Of a DNA stretch of 64,000 nucleotides, positions 33,285 to 43,499 are shown piece after piece (positions within the stretch are counted from its first letter, which is position 1; each line of letters starts with the position of its first letter). Both the position numbers and the translations under genes were made by a program. The notes beneath the pieces are model-generated. The model was given only the letters and a program-made list of their open reading frames with translations. It did not search any database and was not told the origin of the DNA. This DNA is from an uncultured Gemmatimonadales bacterium. GTDB taxonomy: Bacteria > Gemmatimonadota > Gemmatimonadetes > Gemmatimonadales > Gemmatimonadaceae. Location of the stretch: positions 2,624,001 to 2,688,000 of the forward strand of contig OY969695.1 of assembly GCA_963701965.1 (NCBI GenBank), read 5' to 3'.

Positions 33285-33355
33285 GACAACAAGAAAGCGC
33301 CCGTTGATGGACCAGCCGGGTGTCGCGGAGAGCAATCTCCGCGGCACCCGGTCTG
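33285..33355 (+). ncRNA. Candidate structured RNA motif, copy B (xoxF-xoxJ intergenic)
   Basis: 16-bp stem at 33316-33351 with a GCAA tetraloop; 5' GACAACAA...AAGCGCCCGTTGAT shared with copy A. Confidence 0.55.
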
Positions 33356-33400
33356 ACATGAAGACTAGATTTCCTGTGAGGACCAGGCTGCGAGGGTTTG

Positions 33401-34243
33401 GTGGATCGAATACTACACACGCTCTCCGTCGCGCTCTTTCTTTCACTCGCCGGCATCGAGGCCGGGGCGCAACAAGCGCAACTATCCGGACCGCTCTTGC
33501 TCCGGGTCTGCGCCGATCCCAACGATCTGCCCGTCTCGAACGACAAGCGCGAGGGCTACGCCAACAAGATCGCCGAGCTCATTGCCAGCGACCTCGGCGC
33601 GCAGGTGACATACACGTGGTGGCCCAGCCGGCGCGGGTACATTCGGAATACGCTGCGCGCTGGGGATTGCGACGTCGTCATCGACGTGCCGGCGCAGTAT
33701 GAGCTGGTCGCGGCCACCAAGCCGTACTACAGATCGGTCTATGTGGCGGTCAGCCGAAAAGACCGCGATCTCCGCATCAGCTCGCTCGACGATCCCCGAC
33801 TCAAGACGCTCAAGGTCGGTGTCAGCGAGATCGGCGACAACTATACGCAGACACCGCCGGCCGACGCGCTCTCCGCGCGCGGGATCTCGAGCAACCTCGT
33901 GTGGTTCACGTCGTTCTACGACCCCGACCATCACCCCGGGGACATCGTGAACGCGGTCGCCGACGGCAAGGTCGACGTCGCGTTCGTGTGGGGGCCGTTC
34001 GCGGGATATTTCGCCAAACAGTCGGCCGCACCGCTCGACATCACCTTGTTACCCGACAGCGACGCCATCACCGGCAAGCAACTGGCATTCACCCAAGCCA
34101 TGGGCGTCCGCCGCAGCGATCGCGAGCTGATGGATAAGCTCAACAATGTCATCGAGCGCCGGAAGACGGACATCGACAAGATCTTGCATGACTACGGCGT
34201 CCCGACGCTGCCGATCACCGCGACGCAGGCCGACCGCAAGTAG
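33401..34243 (+). CDS. xoxJ: XoxJ/MxaJ-like periplasmic binding protein
   Basis: LRVCADPNDLP, CDVVI, TKPYYRS, VWGP, ILHDYGVP. Confidence 0.88.
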   Translation: MDRILHTLSVALFLSLAGIEAGAQQAQLSGPLLLRVCADPNDLPVSNDKREGYANKIAELIASDLGAQVTYTWWPSRRGYIRNTLRAGDCDVVIDVPAQYELVAATKPYYRSVYVAVSRKDRDLRISSLDDPRLKTLKVGVSEIGDNYTQTPPADALSARGISSNLVWFTSFYDPDHHPGDIVNAVADGKVDVAFVWGPFAGYFAKQSAAPLDITLLPDSDAITGKQLAFTQAMGVRRSDRELMDKLNNVIERRKTDIDKILHDYGVPTLPITATQADRK

Positions 34244-34265
34244 TCACCAACTCTCCCCAACGCAT

Positions 34266-34691
34266 ATGCACATTTTTCTTGCCATCCTTTCCTTGGCGCT
34301 CCCGCCCGACAGCCTCGGCGTGAATGCCGTCGTGTACCAGGGCTGGAAAATGTTCGAGGTCTATTGCACGCGCTGCCACGGCGAGGATGCGGTCGGTTCG
34401 AGCTTCGCGCCCGCCCTCAAGAAGTCGGTGGGGCCTGACGGCACCATCGATCACAAGGCCTTCTGGCTGACGGTGACGAATGGCCGCCCGGGCAAGGGTA
34501 TGCCGACGTGGGGCAACCTGCTGTCGCCGGAGCAAAAGGAAGACGTCTGGAATTACCTGCGCGCGCGCGCCGTCGGCCATCTGGCGCCCGGCCGTCCGCA
34601 TCTCATCAAGGGCGCGAACCGGGACTCGACGGCGTTTCCGCCGGCCCAGGGAAACGACACGACGTTCGTTCCGCCGTTCTTGAAGGAGTGA
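34266..34691 (+). CDS. xoxG: Cytochrome c (XoxG-like electron acceptor)
   Basis: CTRCH heme motif, GMP axial Met; position after xoxFJ. Confidence 0.75.
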   Translation: MHIFLAILSLALPPDSLGVNAVVYQGWKMFEVYCTRCHGEDAVGSSFAPALKKSVGPDGTIDHKAFWLTVTNGRPGKGMPTWGNLLSPEQKEDVWNYLRARAVGHLAPGRPHLIKGANRDSTAFPPAQGNDTTFVPPFLKE

Positions 34692-34700
34692 CGCCCGAAC

Positions 34701-35432
34701 ATGCACGGCCACCTGTTCCTCGCGTTGGGCCTCCTCGCGGCCGTCCCGCTGGCCGGCCAACCCATGAGTCGCGAGTCCGTGGCGCGGTTGATCGCCGCCG
34801 CGGGCCCCGACCATGGGCCCGATCTCTCCGGTCGTGACCTGTCGGCCCTCGACCTGTCCGGTCTCAATCTGTCGCGCGCGAAATTGACCCAGGCGACGTT
34901 GAACGGAACGAAGTTCACGCACGACACGATGTTCGCCGCGGATTTGAGCGGCGCCCACGCCCATGGGGCCAACTTCGACGGGGCGGTGCTCGACGTCGCC
35001 GTCATGCGGGGTACGGATCTCACGGGTGCATCGTTTCGGAATGCCAGCATCTACGCGGTCATCATGCTGAACGCCGACTTGAGCGGCGCGGATCTCACGG
35101 GCGCCCGATTGATCGGCGCCATGACTGACACGAAGCTGGTGCGCGCCAAGTTGGTGGACCTCAAGGGCGGCGCGGACATGCGCAATCAACCCATGGGACT
35201 CATGCGCACGGACTTGACCGGCGCCGATCTCACCGGTGCCGATCTCACGGGCGCGAACCTGCAGCACGCCAAGCTGGTCCGCACGAATTTCACCAACGCG
35301 ACGGTCACGCGCGCCGATCTCGCGAACGCCAATGTCAACAGCGCGATCTTCACGGGCGCGAAGGGCCGCGACACGATCGTGGGCTGGAATCGCGCGCTCA
35401 ACACCGACCAGGCCATACTGGATCCTCAATGA
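34701..35432 (+). CDS. Exported pentapeptide-repeat protein
   Basis: A(D/N)LxG repeats. Confidence 0.92.
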   Translation: MHGHLFLALGLLAAVPLAGQPMSRESVARLIAAAGPDHGPDLSGRDLSALDLSGLNLSRAKLTQATLNGTKFTHDTMFAADLSGAHAHGANFDGAVLDVAVMRGTDLTGASFRNASIYAVIMLNADLSGADLTGARLIGAMTDTKLVRAKLVDLKGGADMRNQPMGLMRTDLTGADLTGADLTGANLQHAKLVRTNFTNATVTRADLANANVNSAIFTGAKGRDTIVGWNRALNTDQAILDPQ

Positions 35433-36373
35433 CCCCTGTCACACGTCTCACGCTCGCCGTACTGCTCACGCCCGCGGTCGCTCATGCCCAGCGGCTATAC
35501 GCCAGCAACGAAGGCGGCAACAGCATCTCGATCGTGGATCTCCGCACGGGGACCATGACGGGCACGTTCCCCGTCGGCAATCGGCCCCGAGGCATGGTGT
35601 TGAGTCCTGACGGCAAGACGGTCTATGTCGCGCTGGGACGGGACAATGCCATCGCCGTGATCGACGTCGCCAAGGACAGCGTCGTCGACAAGATCCCGGC
35701 GAGTGTGGATCCCGAGCAGGTGACGTTGAGTGTCGACGGCAAGACGGCATTCGTCTCGAACGAAGAGACGGCCATGGCGTCGGCGATCGATCTGGCGACG
35801 AAGCAGATCAAATGGACCGTGCCGGTCGGCAAAGAGCCGGAAGGCGTAGGCGTCACTCCGGATGGCACGCGCCTCTACGTGACCGGCGAATCCGACAGCA
35901 GTGTCACGGTGCTCGACGCCAAGACCGGAAAGCGCATCACGCAATTCCGCGTTGGCGCGCGACCGCGGTTCGTCGCGTTCGATCGGACCGGGTCACGCGG
36001 GTACATCACGGCGGAGGCGGGGGGGAAGGTCACGGTCGTCGACGCGCCGGTGAATCGCGTCCTCAAGACGGTCAGCGTCGGGGATTCGACCCGGCCCACC
36101 GGGGTCGTCGTCGCGCCCAATGGCCGGGAGGTGTACTTCGCCAACGGCAAAGCGAATCGCATCTCCGTGTTCAGTCCGGCGGCCATGATGGTCACGGACA
36201 CCATCCCGGTCGGCCAACGGCCCTGGGGCGTCGCATTGTCGCCGGACGGGAATACGCTCTACTCGGCCGACGGCCGATCCAATCAGATCTCGGTGATCGA
36301 CGTCGTCCGCAAGAAGGTGATCCGCACGATCACCGTCGGCGAGCGACCCTACGCCCCGCTGCTGGTTCGCTGA
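35429..36373 (+). CDS. YVTN-type beta-propeller protein (PQQ-catabolism associated)
   Basis: Repeated VG..P.G...SPDG..LYV units. Confidence 0.9.
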   Translation: MTPVTRLTLAVLLTPAVAHAQRLYASNEGGNSISIVDLRTGTMTGTFPVGNRPRGMVLSPDGKTVYVALGRDNAIAVIDVAKDSVVDKIPASVDPEQVTLSVDGKTAFVSNEETAMASAIDLATKQIKWTVPVGKEPEGVGVTPDGTRLYVTGESDSSVTVLDAKTGKRITQFRVGARPRFVAFDRTGSRGYITAEAGGKVTVVDAPVNRVLKTVSVGDSTRPTGVVVAPNGREVYFANGKANRISVFSPAAMMVTDTIPVGQRPWGVALSPDGNTLYSADGRSNQISVIDVVRKKVIRTITVGERPYAPLLVR

Positions 36374-37577
36374 CGGTGAACGCGCCGGCGTCGTAGGCCT
36401 CGGCAAACTCGTCGTAGTTCGCCCGGACGACGTTGCGATAGCGCCGGGCGTAGACGAGCGTCTCGCGGATCCACCACCGCTCGGCGCCAAACGCGAGCCA
36501 GGCGTCGGCGGTCGCCGCGCCCTCGCGGCTGGCGCTCCGCAAGTGGCTCCAGGCGACGACGTGCGCCATGGTGCCCATGATCTCGGGAACCTTGCCCGCG
36601 TTCGCCTTGGTGAGCGCCAGGCGATCGATGGATGGTTGGAGCTCTTTGAGCACGTAGGGCACCCGGCCCATGGCGACCGGGTGCAAGAGCGCCGGCGCGA
36701 TGGCCTCGGCGCGCCGCTGGACGGAGACCACGCGCGCGGCCTGGCTCGGCCATGCCGGCTGCGGCGTGGCGACGTAGGGCGCCAGGGCCGAGGGACGCGC
36801 CTCTTTGAGATCAATGACGAAGTGCCCGTCCGGCGCCCCATGCCCCTGCACCAACACCGCAAACCGCCGGATGCCCAGACTCCCCGTACCCGCGACCCGC
36901 CGGGCGACGTCGAGCACGCGAAAAAAGTCCCCCTGAAACTCCTCGGGGCAATGCTCGCTGGCCGCGAACGCTTTGATGCAGGCCACCACGCCGGCCCGGT
37001 CGGCGCGGGAGACCGGAAGCCGCCGGTCGTCGATCCGGAACGCCCGCCCGGCGCGCCGGCCGACGGTGACGATGTCGAGCAACTCGCGCCGCGTACGTTG
37101 CTTGATGATCCGCAGGAGCTTGCGCACCAGGCCGACCGCCGTCTGCCGCTCGACCCACCGCGCTTTGCCCTCGCGCAACATCGCCGCGTACGAGTCGAGG
37201 AACGTCCGCGCCAACGTTCGCGCCGCGGCATCCTCGACCCCAAAGCTATGCGCCGCCAAATGCAGGCTCGTAATGAAGCGCGTCAACTCCCACGTCGCCG
37301 GCGCCAAACACGCCTCGTCGAAGTCGTTGAGATCGAAATACCCCAGCCGGTTGTCGCCCTTGTATGTCCCGAAGTTCTCGAAATGCAGGTCGCCGCAGAT
37401 CCACGCCGCCGGCGCTCCGTCCAACGCGCCGTCCTTCGGCCAATCCTCGTAAAAGAGGTGGCACGTTCCGCGGAAGAACGCGAAGGGACTCCGCCGCATG
37501 GCCGCATACTTCATAGCCAAACGCTCCGGCTCGCGCCCCGCGTTGAACGCCCGGATCCGCTCGACTACTCCGTCCAC
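36330..37577 (-). CDS. DUF2252-family (kinase-like fold) protein
   Basis: SPFAFFRGT, CGDLHFENFG, FDLNDFDE, GTGSLG, LKEA. Confidence 0.85.
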   Translation of the reverse strand: MDGVVERIRAFNAGREPERLAMKYAAMRRSPFAFFRGTCHLFYEDWPKDGALDGAPAAWICGDLHFENFGTYKGDNRLGYFDLNDFDEACLAPATWELTRFITSLHLAAHSFGVEDAAARTLARTFLDSYAAMLREGKARWVERQTAVGLVRKLLRIIKQRTRRELLDIVTVGRRAGRAFRIDDRRLPVSRADRAGVVACIKAFAASEHCPEEFQGDFFRVLDVARRVAGTGSLGIRRFAVLVQGHGAPDGHFVIDLKEARPSALAPYVATPQPAWPSQAARVVSVQRRAEAIAPALLHPVAMGRVPYVLKELQPSIDRLALTKANAGKVPEIMGTMAHVVAWSHLRSASREGAATADAWLAFGAERWWIRETLVYARRYRNVVRANYDEFAEAYDAGAFTVSEPAAGRRVARRR

Positions 37578-38527
37578 ATGCGCGCTCCGACTTGGCTAAA
37601 CGGCCCTTCATAGACGTCGGCCACGTCTTCGGACACGGCGGTCCGTATCCGCGTCACCAGGTCGGCGCCCGCCGCCGGGTCGCCAACTATACCATATACA
37701 GCCGGCCCCCACGAGCTCTGACCCACGCCCGCGGCGCCCCACTCCCGCATCCGCGCGATCAGTGATGCGCCAATGCCCGGGGCGAAAGCGCCGCCCTGCG
37801 CGCTGGCAAACCACCGCCCGGTCGTGAATTGCACTTCGGTGAGGGCCGCGCCAAAGGCCTCGAGATCGCCATCGGCGAGCGCGGGGAGCAACGCCATCAA
37901 CACGAGATGTGCCACATGCTCGACGTCGCGCAGGGGTGGCTCCGGCAGCGACGCAAACGCCGCCACCTCGGCGTCGCCGCTGACGCCTAATGCCGTCCGC
38001 GGGACAATGATCACGCAACGCCAGTCGGGGGGGATCGCCAACCGCGCGATCAACGGCGCGGGCTGGTCCGGCGCGTCCCCCGCGCCCGATCGGCGTCCGC
38101 CCTCCAACACGAATCCGCCATAGGCGAACGTCCACGTCCCCACCGCCGACCGTCGGGCCCGGCCGACGGCGCTGGCCAGCGTCGCAATGTCATGGTCCAA
38201 CTCATAGAGCTCGGCCATGGCGCGCGCGACCGCCAACGCCAGCTGGGTGCCCGACCCGAGGCCATTGTGCGGAGGGATCGCCCGCGCAATGTGCAGGTGC
38301 ACGCCGCACCCCTGCAACCCGTAATGATCAATGAATCGTTGCGCGAACCGCACCGCGCGCTCGGCCTCCGGCCCCTCGGCCGTGAACGCGGCCGACGCTT
38401 CGGCCGAGAGCAGTAGCGAAGGCGCCGGGACGGCGGCGCCGATACCGCCAAACCGGCGCCCCAGCGTCCCCGAAAGATCCAGCATCCCGAAATGCAGCCG
38501 GGCCGGGGCCTCAATGGACACCCTCAC
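37565..38527 (-). CDS. mptG: Beta-ribofuranosylaminobenzene 5'-phosphate synthase
   Basis: PARLHFG, HNGLGSGTQ, GQSSWGP. Confidence 0.92.
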   Translation of the reverse strand: MRVSIEAPARLHFGMLDLSGTLGRRFGGIGAAVPAPSLLLSAEASAAFTAEGPEAERAVRFAQRFIDHYGLQGCGVHLHIARAIPPHNGLGSGTQLALAVARAMAELYELDHDIATLASAVGRARRSAVGTWTFAYGGFVLEGGRRSGAGDAPDQPAPLIARLAIPPDWRCVIIVPRTALGVSGDAEVAAFASLPEPPLRDVEHVAHLVLMALLPALADGDLEAFGAALTEVQFTTGRWFASAQGGAFAPGIGASLIARMREWGAAGVGQSSWGPAVYGIVGDPAAGADLVTRIRTAVSEDVADVYEGPFSQVGARMWTE

Positions 38528-39078
38528 GCCGTGTGGCGCTCCACATAGGCGGCCACCACGGCCCACGCCTCCCGCTCCCGCGGGCCGGCCGTCTTCTCGA
38601 CCAACACCGCCAACGCATCGACCTGTCGCCGCACCTCGTTGTGCGGGATGAGGTGCAACCGGGTGGCCAGGATCGTCGCCTCGAGCACCGCGTGCCGCGC
38701 GCGGTTGAACCCCAGGAACTCGGCGCGCATCCCGCGGTGCACGACCCGCGTCTCGATCCGCGAACGCGGCGGCGTCGCGTCGATCGCCGTCACCTCCAGC
38801 TCGCGCCACGAGCAGGCGGCGGCCAACACGACGCCTGGGACCATCACAGCGGGCACCGTTGCTTCGCTCGCAGTCGCCAGTGCGGCGCGGGCAAAGATGC
38901 GCACGTCGTCCGTGAGATTGACCACGGCCGCGCCGGTCGCGCGCAGGTTCTTGAACGTCGTCGTATCGAGAAACGGCCTCACGACCAGCCGTTCGTCGTC
39001 ATCCCACTCGACGCCCATGGGCGCCACGTTGACGGCTCCCCGCGCGTCGAGCGTGGTGACGATCGTCTCGATGATCAC
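38524..39078 (-). CDS. DUF447-family methanopterin biosynthesis protein (Orf19-like)
   Basis: IIETIVTT, NVAPMG, FNRARHAVLEATILATR. Confidence 0.85.
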   Translation of the reverse strand: MIIETIVTTLDARGAVNVAPMGVEWDDDERLVVRPFLDTTTFKNLRATGAAVVNLTDDVRIFARAALATASEATVPAVMVPGVVLAAACSWRELEVTAIDATPPRSRIETRVVHRGMRAEFLGFNRARHAVLEATILATRLHLIPHNEVRRQVDALAVLVEKTAGPREREAWAVVAAYVERHTA

Positions 39079-39935
39079 GACTCGCGCTCGATCTGCACGC
39101 GGGCCTGGTACGCGCCGATCACCGCGGTCGTCACCGGGCCCGGTGCGGTCAGGGAACGCCCATCGAGCGCGTCGACCGGCGTGATCTCGCGCACCGAGCT
39201 GGTCAGAAAAACCTCGTCCGCCGCGGCCAACTCCTCCGCCGAGATGGGCCCATCGCCCAGCGACAACGCCTCGTCCTTCATCGCCCGCAGGAGCTCGAGC
39301 ACCGTCTCCCGCGTGATCCCGGGGAACGCCCCGCAGGACGTCGGCGGCGTCCGCACGACGCCGTCCTTCACCACGAAGATGTTGCTGGAGGTCGCCTCGG
39401 CGACGTGGCCCTCCGTGTCGAGGAACACCGCGTCCTCGGCGCCCGCCTCCGTCGCTTCCATGACGGCCACGATGTTCTCGGTGTAGGAGAGCGTCTTGAT
39501 CCCCGCCGTCATCGAGCGCTCGTTCCGCCGCCCGCTCGCCGTCCGCAGGCTGATCGACATCGGAGGGGTCGACAAGCCCTGCGCCAGGAGAACGACGGTC
39601 GGCTGGCCGACGCCACGCACTACCCCTAGTCCGTGGACTCCGGGCCCGCGCGTCACCGTGAGGCGCACGATCGCATCGAGCGCGCTGGCACGGAGCTCTT
39701 TCTGTGCCTCCGCCAGCATCTCCACCATGTGTGCCGGCCGGGGAAACCCGAGTCGCTCGGCGCCGCGCGACAGCCGGGCCATGTGTGCGTTGAACCGGAA
39801 GATGGCGCCGCTGTAGGCCCGCATCGTCTCGAAGAGACCGTCGGCGAGCGTGAATCCTCGATCGAGCGCCGACACGTGAGGGGCGCCGAGGTCGACGCGC
39901 TTCCCATCGACCCAACAAGCCGGAAGTACCGTCAC
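39075..39935 (-). CDS. pabC: Class IV PLP aminotransferase, probable aminodeoxychorismate lyase
   Basis: DRGFTLADGLFET, IKTLSY, EATSSNIF, GITR; follows pabB/pabA. Confidence 0.75.
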   Translation of the reverse strand: MTVLPACWVDGKRVDLGAPHVSALDRGFTLADGLFETMRAYSGAIFRFNAHMARLSRGAERLGFPRPAHMVEMLAEAQKELRASALDAIVRLTVTRGPGVHGLGVVRGVGQPTVVLLAQGLSTPPMSISLRTASGRRNERSMTAGIKTLSYTENIVAVMEATEAGAEDAVFLDTEGHVAEATSSNIFVVKDGVVRTPPTSCGAFPGITRETVLELLRAMKDEALSLGDGPISAEELAAADEVFLTSSVREITPVDALDGRSLTAPGPVTTAVIGAYQARVQIERES

Positions 39936-40595
39936 CGCACTAACTCCACCGGTGGTGGGACGAACGCAGGCTCGGCGGGATCGCGGCTACTGAACGCGCC
40001 ATCGGCGCGATCCGGGATGTTGGTGCCCGGATGGCCGTTGAGAAAGGTGGACAGCATCCGGTACCCGAACTCGGTGAGCGCGGATTCAGGATGAAATTGC
40101 ACGCCGACGGTCAGGATGCACGCGGTGCGCCACGGCCATGATCTCGCCGGCCGGAGAGAACGCCGTGACCCGCAACTCCGGGGGCAGCGCGTCAGCCTCA
40201 ATGATCAGCGAGTGGTAACGCGTCGCGCGGAACGGCGACGGCAGGCCGGCGAATACGCTGGTGCCGTCGTGGGTCACGAGGGACACCTTGCCGTGCATTG
40301 GCCGCGTAGCGCGCACAATGCGGCCGCCGTAGGCCTCGCCAATGCATTGGTGACCGAGGCACACGCCGAGGATGGGGATCGTGGGCTCGAACCGTCGGAC
40401 GACATCGGTGGAGATTCCGGCCTCGGCTGGCGTGCAGGGCCCGGGCGACACGATGATGTGTGTGGGCGCCATCGCCGCGATCTCATCGAGCGTGACCGCA
40501 TCGTGCCGGCGGACGACCGCGTCGTGGCCCAGCTCGCGGACGTAGCGCGCCAGGTTGTAGACGAACGAGTCGTAGTTGTCGATGAGTAGGATCAC
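39932..40595 (-). CDS. pabA: Aminodeoxychorismate synthase glutaminase subunit (+1 frameshift at ~40114)
   Basis: IDNYDSF, SPGP, GVCLGHQ, RYHSL; GVQFHPES in the next frame. Confidence 0.9.
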
Positions 40596-40608
40596 GGGGA
40601 TGAGCCGA

Positions 40609-42021
40609 TCACGGACGAAGAGCGGCGATCAGCGCGCGGGCCTTGTCGAGTGTTTCCTGATACTCGGCCGCCGGGTCGGAATCGGCGACGATACCACCGC
40701 CCACGGAAAAATACACGCGGTTCCCGAGGGCGAGGTAGGTACGGATGACAATGCTGGTATCGAGGGGACCACTGGCGCTGAGATAACCGATCGAGCCGCA
40801 GTAGACCCCGCGGCGCGAGGGCTCGAGCTCGGCGATGATCTCCATGGCCCGGACCTTGGGCGCACCCGTGATCGAGCCGCCGGGGAAGCTGGCGCGCAAG
40901 AGATCTATCCCGTCGATCTCCGGCGGAAGCTCCCCGACGACGGTTGATACGAGATGATGCACCGTGGGATAGTGCTCCAACAAGAACAGCTCGGGGACGC
41001 GCACGGTGCCGGGCGCGCAGACGCGGGACAAGTCGTTTCGCAGCAAGTCCACGATCATGAGATTTTCGGCGCGGTCCTTCTCGCTCTCGGTGAGCGCGAG
41101 GCCGAGGGCCGCATCGTGCTCCGGGCCGATCCCTCGGGGGCTCGTGCCCTTGATCGGACGTGTCTCGACCGCGCGGTCGGCCGAGACCCGCAGAAAGCGT
41201 TCCGGGGACGCACTGATCACCGCGAAGTCGCCCAAGTCCAAGTACGCCGCGAACGGCGCCGGGTTGATGGTGCGCAGGCGGCGATACAGCGCCCAGGGCG
41301 ATTCGTCGAGGGGCGCCTCCAAGCGCTGGGAGAGGTTGGCCTGGAAGATGTCGCCGGCCACGATGTACTCCCGTACGCGCTCCACCGCGGCGAGATACGC
41401 GTCGCGCGTGAAGCTCGATCGCAGCGCGATGTCCCCGGCCGCCTCCGGCGGCACGGGATACGACGGCGCGCTCTCTCGGGCGCTCTCGCGGCCGCGTACG
41501 TCTGATGACGCGAGCGGCGCGGTCGGTGGCGGATCGCTGCGGCTCGTGCCGCGCGCGATGGCGCGCGCATCGCGCAGCCGCGCCGCGGCGCGCGCCGCGT
41601 CGCCAATGACAATGATCCAGGCCCGTCCCAACTGGTGGTCCCAGGCGATGACCCAGTCATAGATGCCGAGCACGACATCGGGGATCGCCAGATCATCGTA
41701 TCGCGGAACGGGAAGCCGCTCCAGAACGGCGCCGTAGTCATATCCAATGTATCCCGCGGCACCGCCTTGAAACGGCGGCAGGTCCGGGATGACGTCAGCG
41801 CGATACGGCAGCAGCGCGTCTCGTGCCGCGGCCAGGGCGTCGGTCCGCGAGCCCTTGCCCTGTATCACCGTGACCGGATCGGCGACGACGAACGAGTAGC
41901 GGCCCAGTCGTTGCGGATCGCTGGCGCTGTCGAGGAGAATGCGGTACGGCAGCCCCGCGGTGCGCTCGAACGTCGCCAGCACGTCGGGCGCGGGAATGAT
42001 TTCCTCCACGAGCGGCCGCAC
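40609..42021 (-). CDS. pabB: Aminodeoxychorismate synthase component I
   Basis: SPERF, TRPIKGT, KDRAENLMIVDLLRND, FPGGSITGAPK. Confidence 0.92.
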   Translation of the reverse strand: MRPLVEEIIPAPDVLATFERTAGLPYRILLDSASDPQRLGRYSFVVADPVTVIQGKGSRTDALAAARDALLPYRADVIPDLPPFQGGAAGYIGYDYGAVLERLPVPRYDDLAIPDVVLGIYDWVIAWDHQLGRAWIIVIGDAARAAARLRDARAIARGTSRSDPPPTAPLASSDVRGRESARESAPSYPVPPEAAGDIALRSSFTRDAYLAAVERVREYIVAGDIFQANLSQRLEAPLDESPWALYRRLRTINPAPFAAYLDLGDFAVISASPERFLRVSADRAVETRPIKGTSPRGIGPEHDAALGLALTESEKDRAENLMIVDLLRNDLSRVCAPGTVRVPELFLLEHYPTVHHLVSTVVGELPPEIDGIDLLRASFPGGSITGAPKVRAMEIIAELEPSRRGVYCGSIGYLSASGPLDTSIVIRTYLALGNRVYFSVGGGIVADSDPAAEYQETLDKARALIAALRP

Positions 42022-42022
42022 G

Positions 42023-43499
42023 TCAGCCGGCGCGCTCCCGTCGCGCGGTGACGCGCAAATGTTCGCCGATCGGGTCGTCCGGCGGGGTGAGATACCCCCA
42101 CGCCAGCGATCCCTCTTGCCGATACGTCTTGCCGAGCTGGATGGCGATCTTGGCCTTGGCCAACTCTTTCCCCAGGTAGAACGCGTGCGTCGGCTCTTCG
42201 ACGCCCAGCTGCGCGAAGATCGCCTGGATGTCGGTGCCGCGGACGAAGCGCTCGCTGTTGAGCACCGTGATCGTATCCCGATCCGTGAAGATGCGGAAGT
42301 TCGCATCCGTGATGGACGCTTGCAGGGTCCGCAGCTCCGCCTCGGAATAGGCGAGGAGATCCGGGTCTTTGACGGTCACCAGCCGATCATCAATGTGCTT
42401 CGGCAGCGATTGCTTGGAGACCGCGTAGTGCATGAGACGGCGCGCGACGTCGAGCTCGCGGACGGCGCCCCGGGCCCAGGGAATGACTTCCGTGGTCAAC
42501 ACGCCGCGGACGCCGGTCTCCTGGGCGATGGCCATGAGGATCGCGTTGACGCCGGTGGTATCGGCCGCGGTGAGCTCGGTGAGATTGCCGATGCCCATGA
42601 ACAAGGGCGCGTCGGGAAACCGGCGATGGGCCTCGGCGAACCGTTCGATCGACGCCGTGAACCCGAACCCGATCGGTTCGATGACGGGGTCGATGAGATA
42701 GGGCACGCCCCACTGTTCGAGCGCCGCGATCGTCGGGTCGATGGTCGCGAGACCGGCGCCGAGGTCGGGAATGGCTACCACGCGGGCCCCCGATCCCGCG
42801 ATCTCGCGGGCGACATCGCGATTCGCGCCGTGGATGCTGAGCACGAGGGTAGCCCCGGCGCCGACCGCCGTCAGGATTTCGTCGCGCTCGAAGCTGTCGA
42901 TACTGAGGCGGAGTCCGAGACCGACCAGCTCGCGCACGAGGTCGGCGAGCTCGGGAAACGGGCGGCCGGGTGTCATCCCGAGATCGATGATGTCGGCGCC
43001 GCTGTCGCGGAAGTACTGCTGCCTGGCGCACCACCTCGGCCCGCGACAGCCGCGGCACGTTGTTGATCTCGGCGACGATTTCGATGTCGTAGGCGCCGTA
43101 CTCGCGCGCGACGTCCGCCCGGCCAAACCACGTAGGGATTTCGCGGAGGTCCTTTGGCCCTTTCACAACGGCGACGCCGACCTTGTCGGTGATGACGGCC
43201 GGATCGCCTTCGCAGAGGCCCGGGATCATCACCAGGTCGGTGCCCGCGGGCACTTCCAGAAACCGCGCGATCCACGGCGTGGTCATGAGGGCCGCGACGG
43301 TGATCTTGAGCGGCACGACCGAGTAGGCGAACCCGGGCGCCATCGCCGTGAGCGTCTCGCGCAGCGCGGGCTCGGCCAGCCGCCCGGTCACGAATGCGAC
43401 TGACCGGGCGTTGCTAACGATCCCGGCGACGCTTCGCGTCGCGAGATCCAGTGTCGGTTGGACCGATCCCGGCTGCGCCGGGATCCTAGCCGCGCTTAT
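42023..43499 (-). CDS. Dihydropteroate synthase-like methanopterin biosynthesis protein (Orf20-like); frameshift at ~43020, start uncertain
   Basis: FVTGRLAE, VAALMT, PGLC, GPKDL, GADIIDLG, GNLTELT, HAFYLGKEL. Confidence 0.88.
43419..43485 (-). repeat. Dispersed GATC-bounded double-hairpin element, copy 2
   Basis: GATCCCGGCG terminal inverted repeats; in frame with the Orf20-like N-terminus. Confidence 0.9.

Noticed and set aside
33316..33351. Intrinsic terminator after xoxF
   Set aside because: No U tract, and the same hairpin with conserved flanks sits in a 5' leader at 27851-27884
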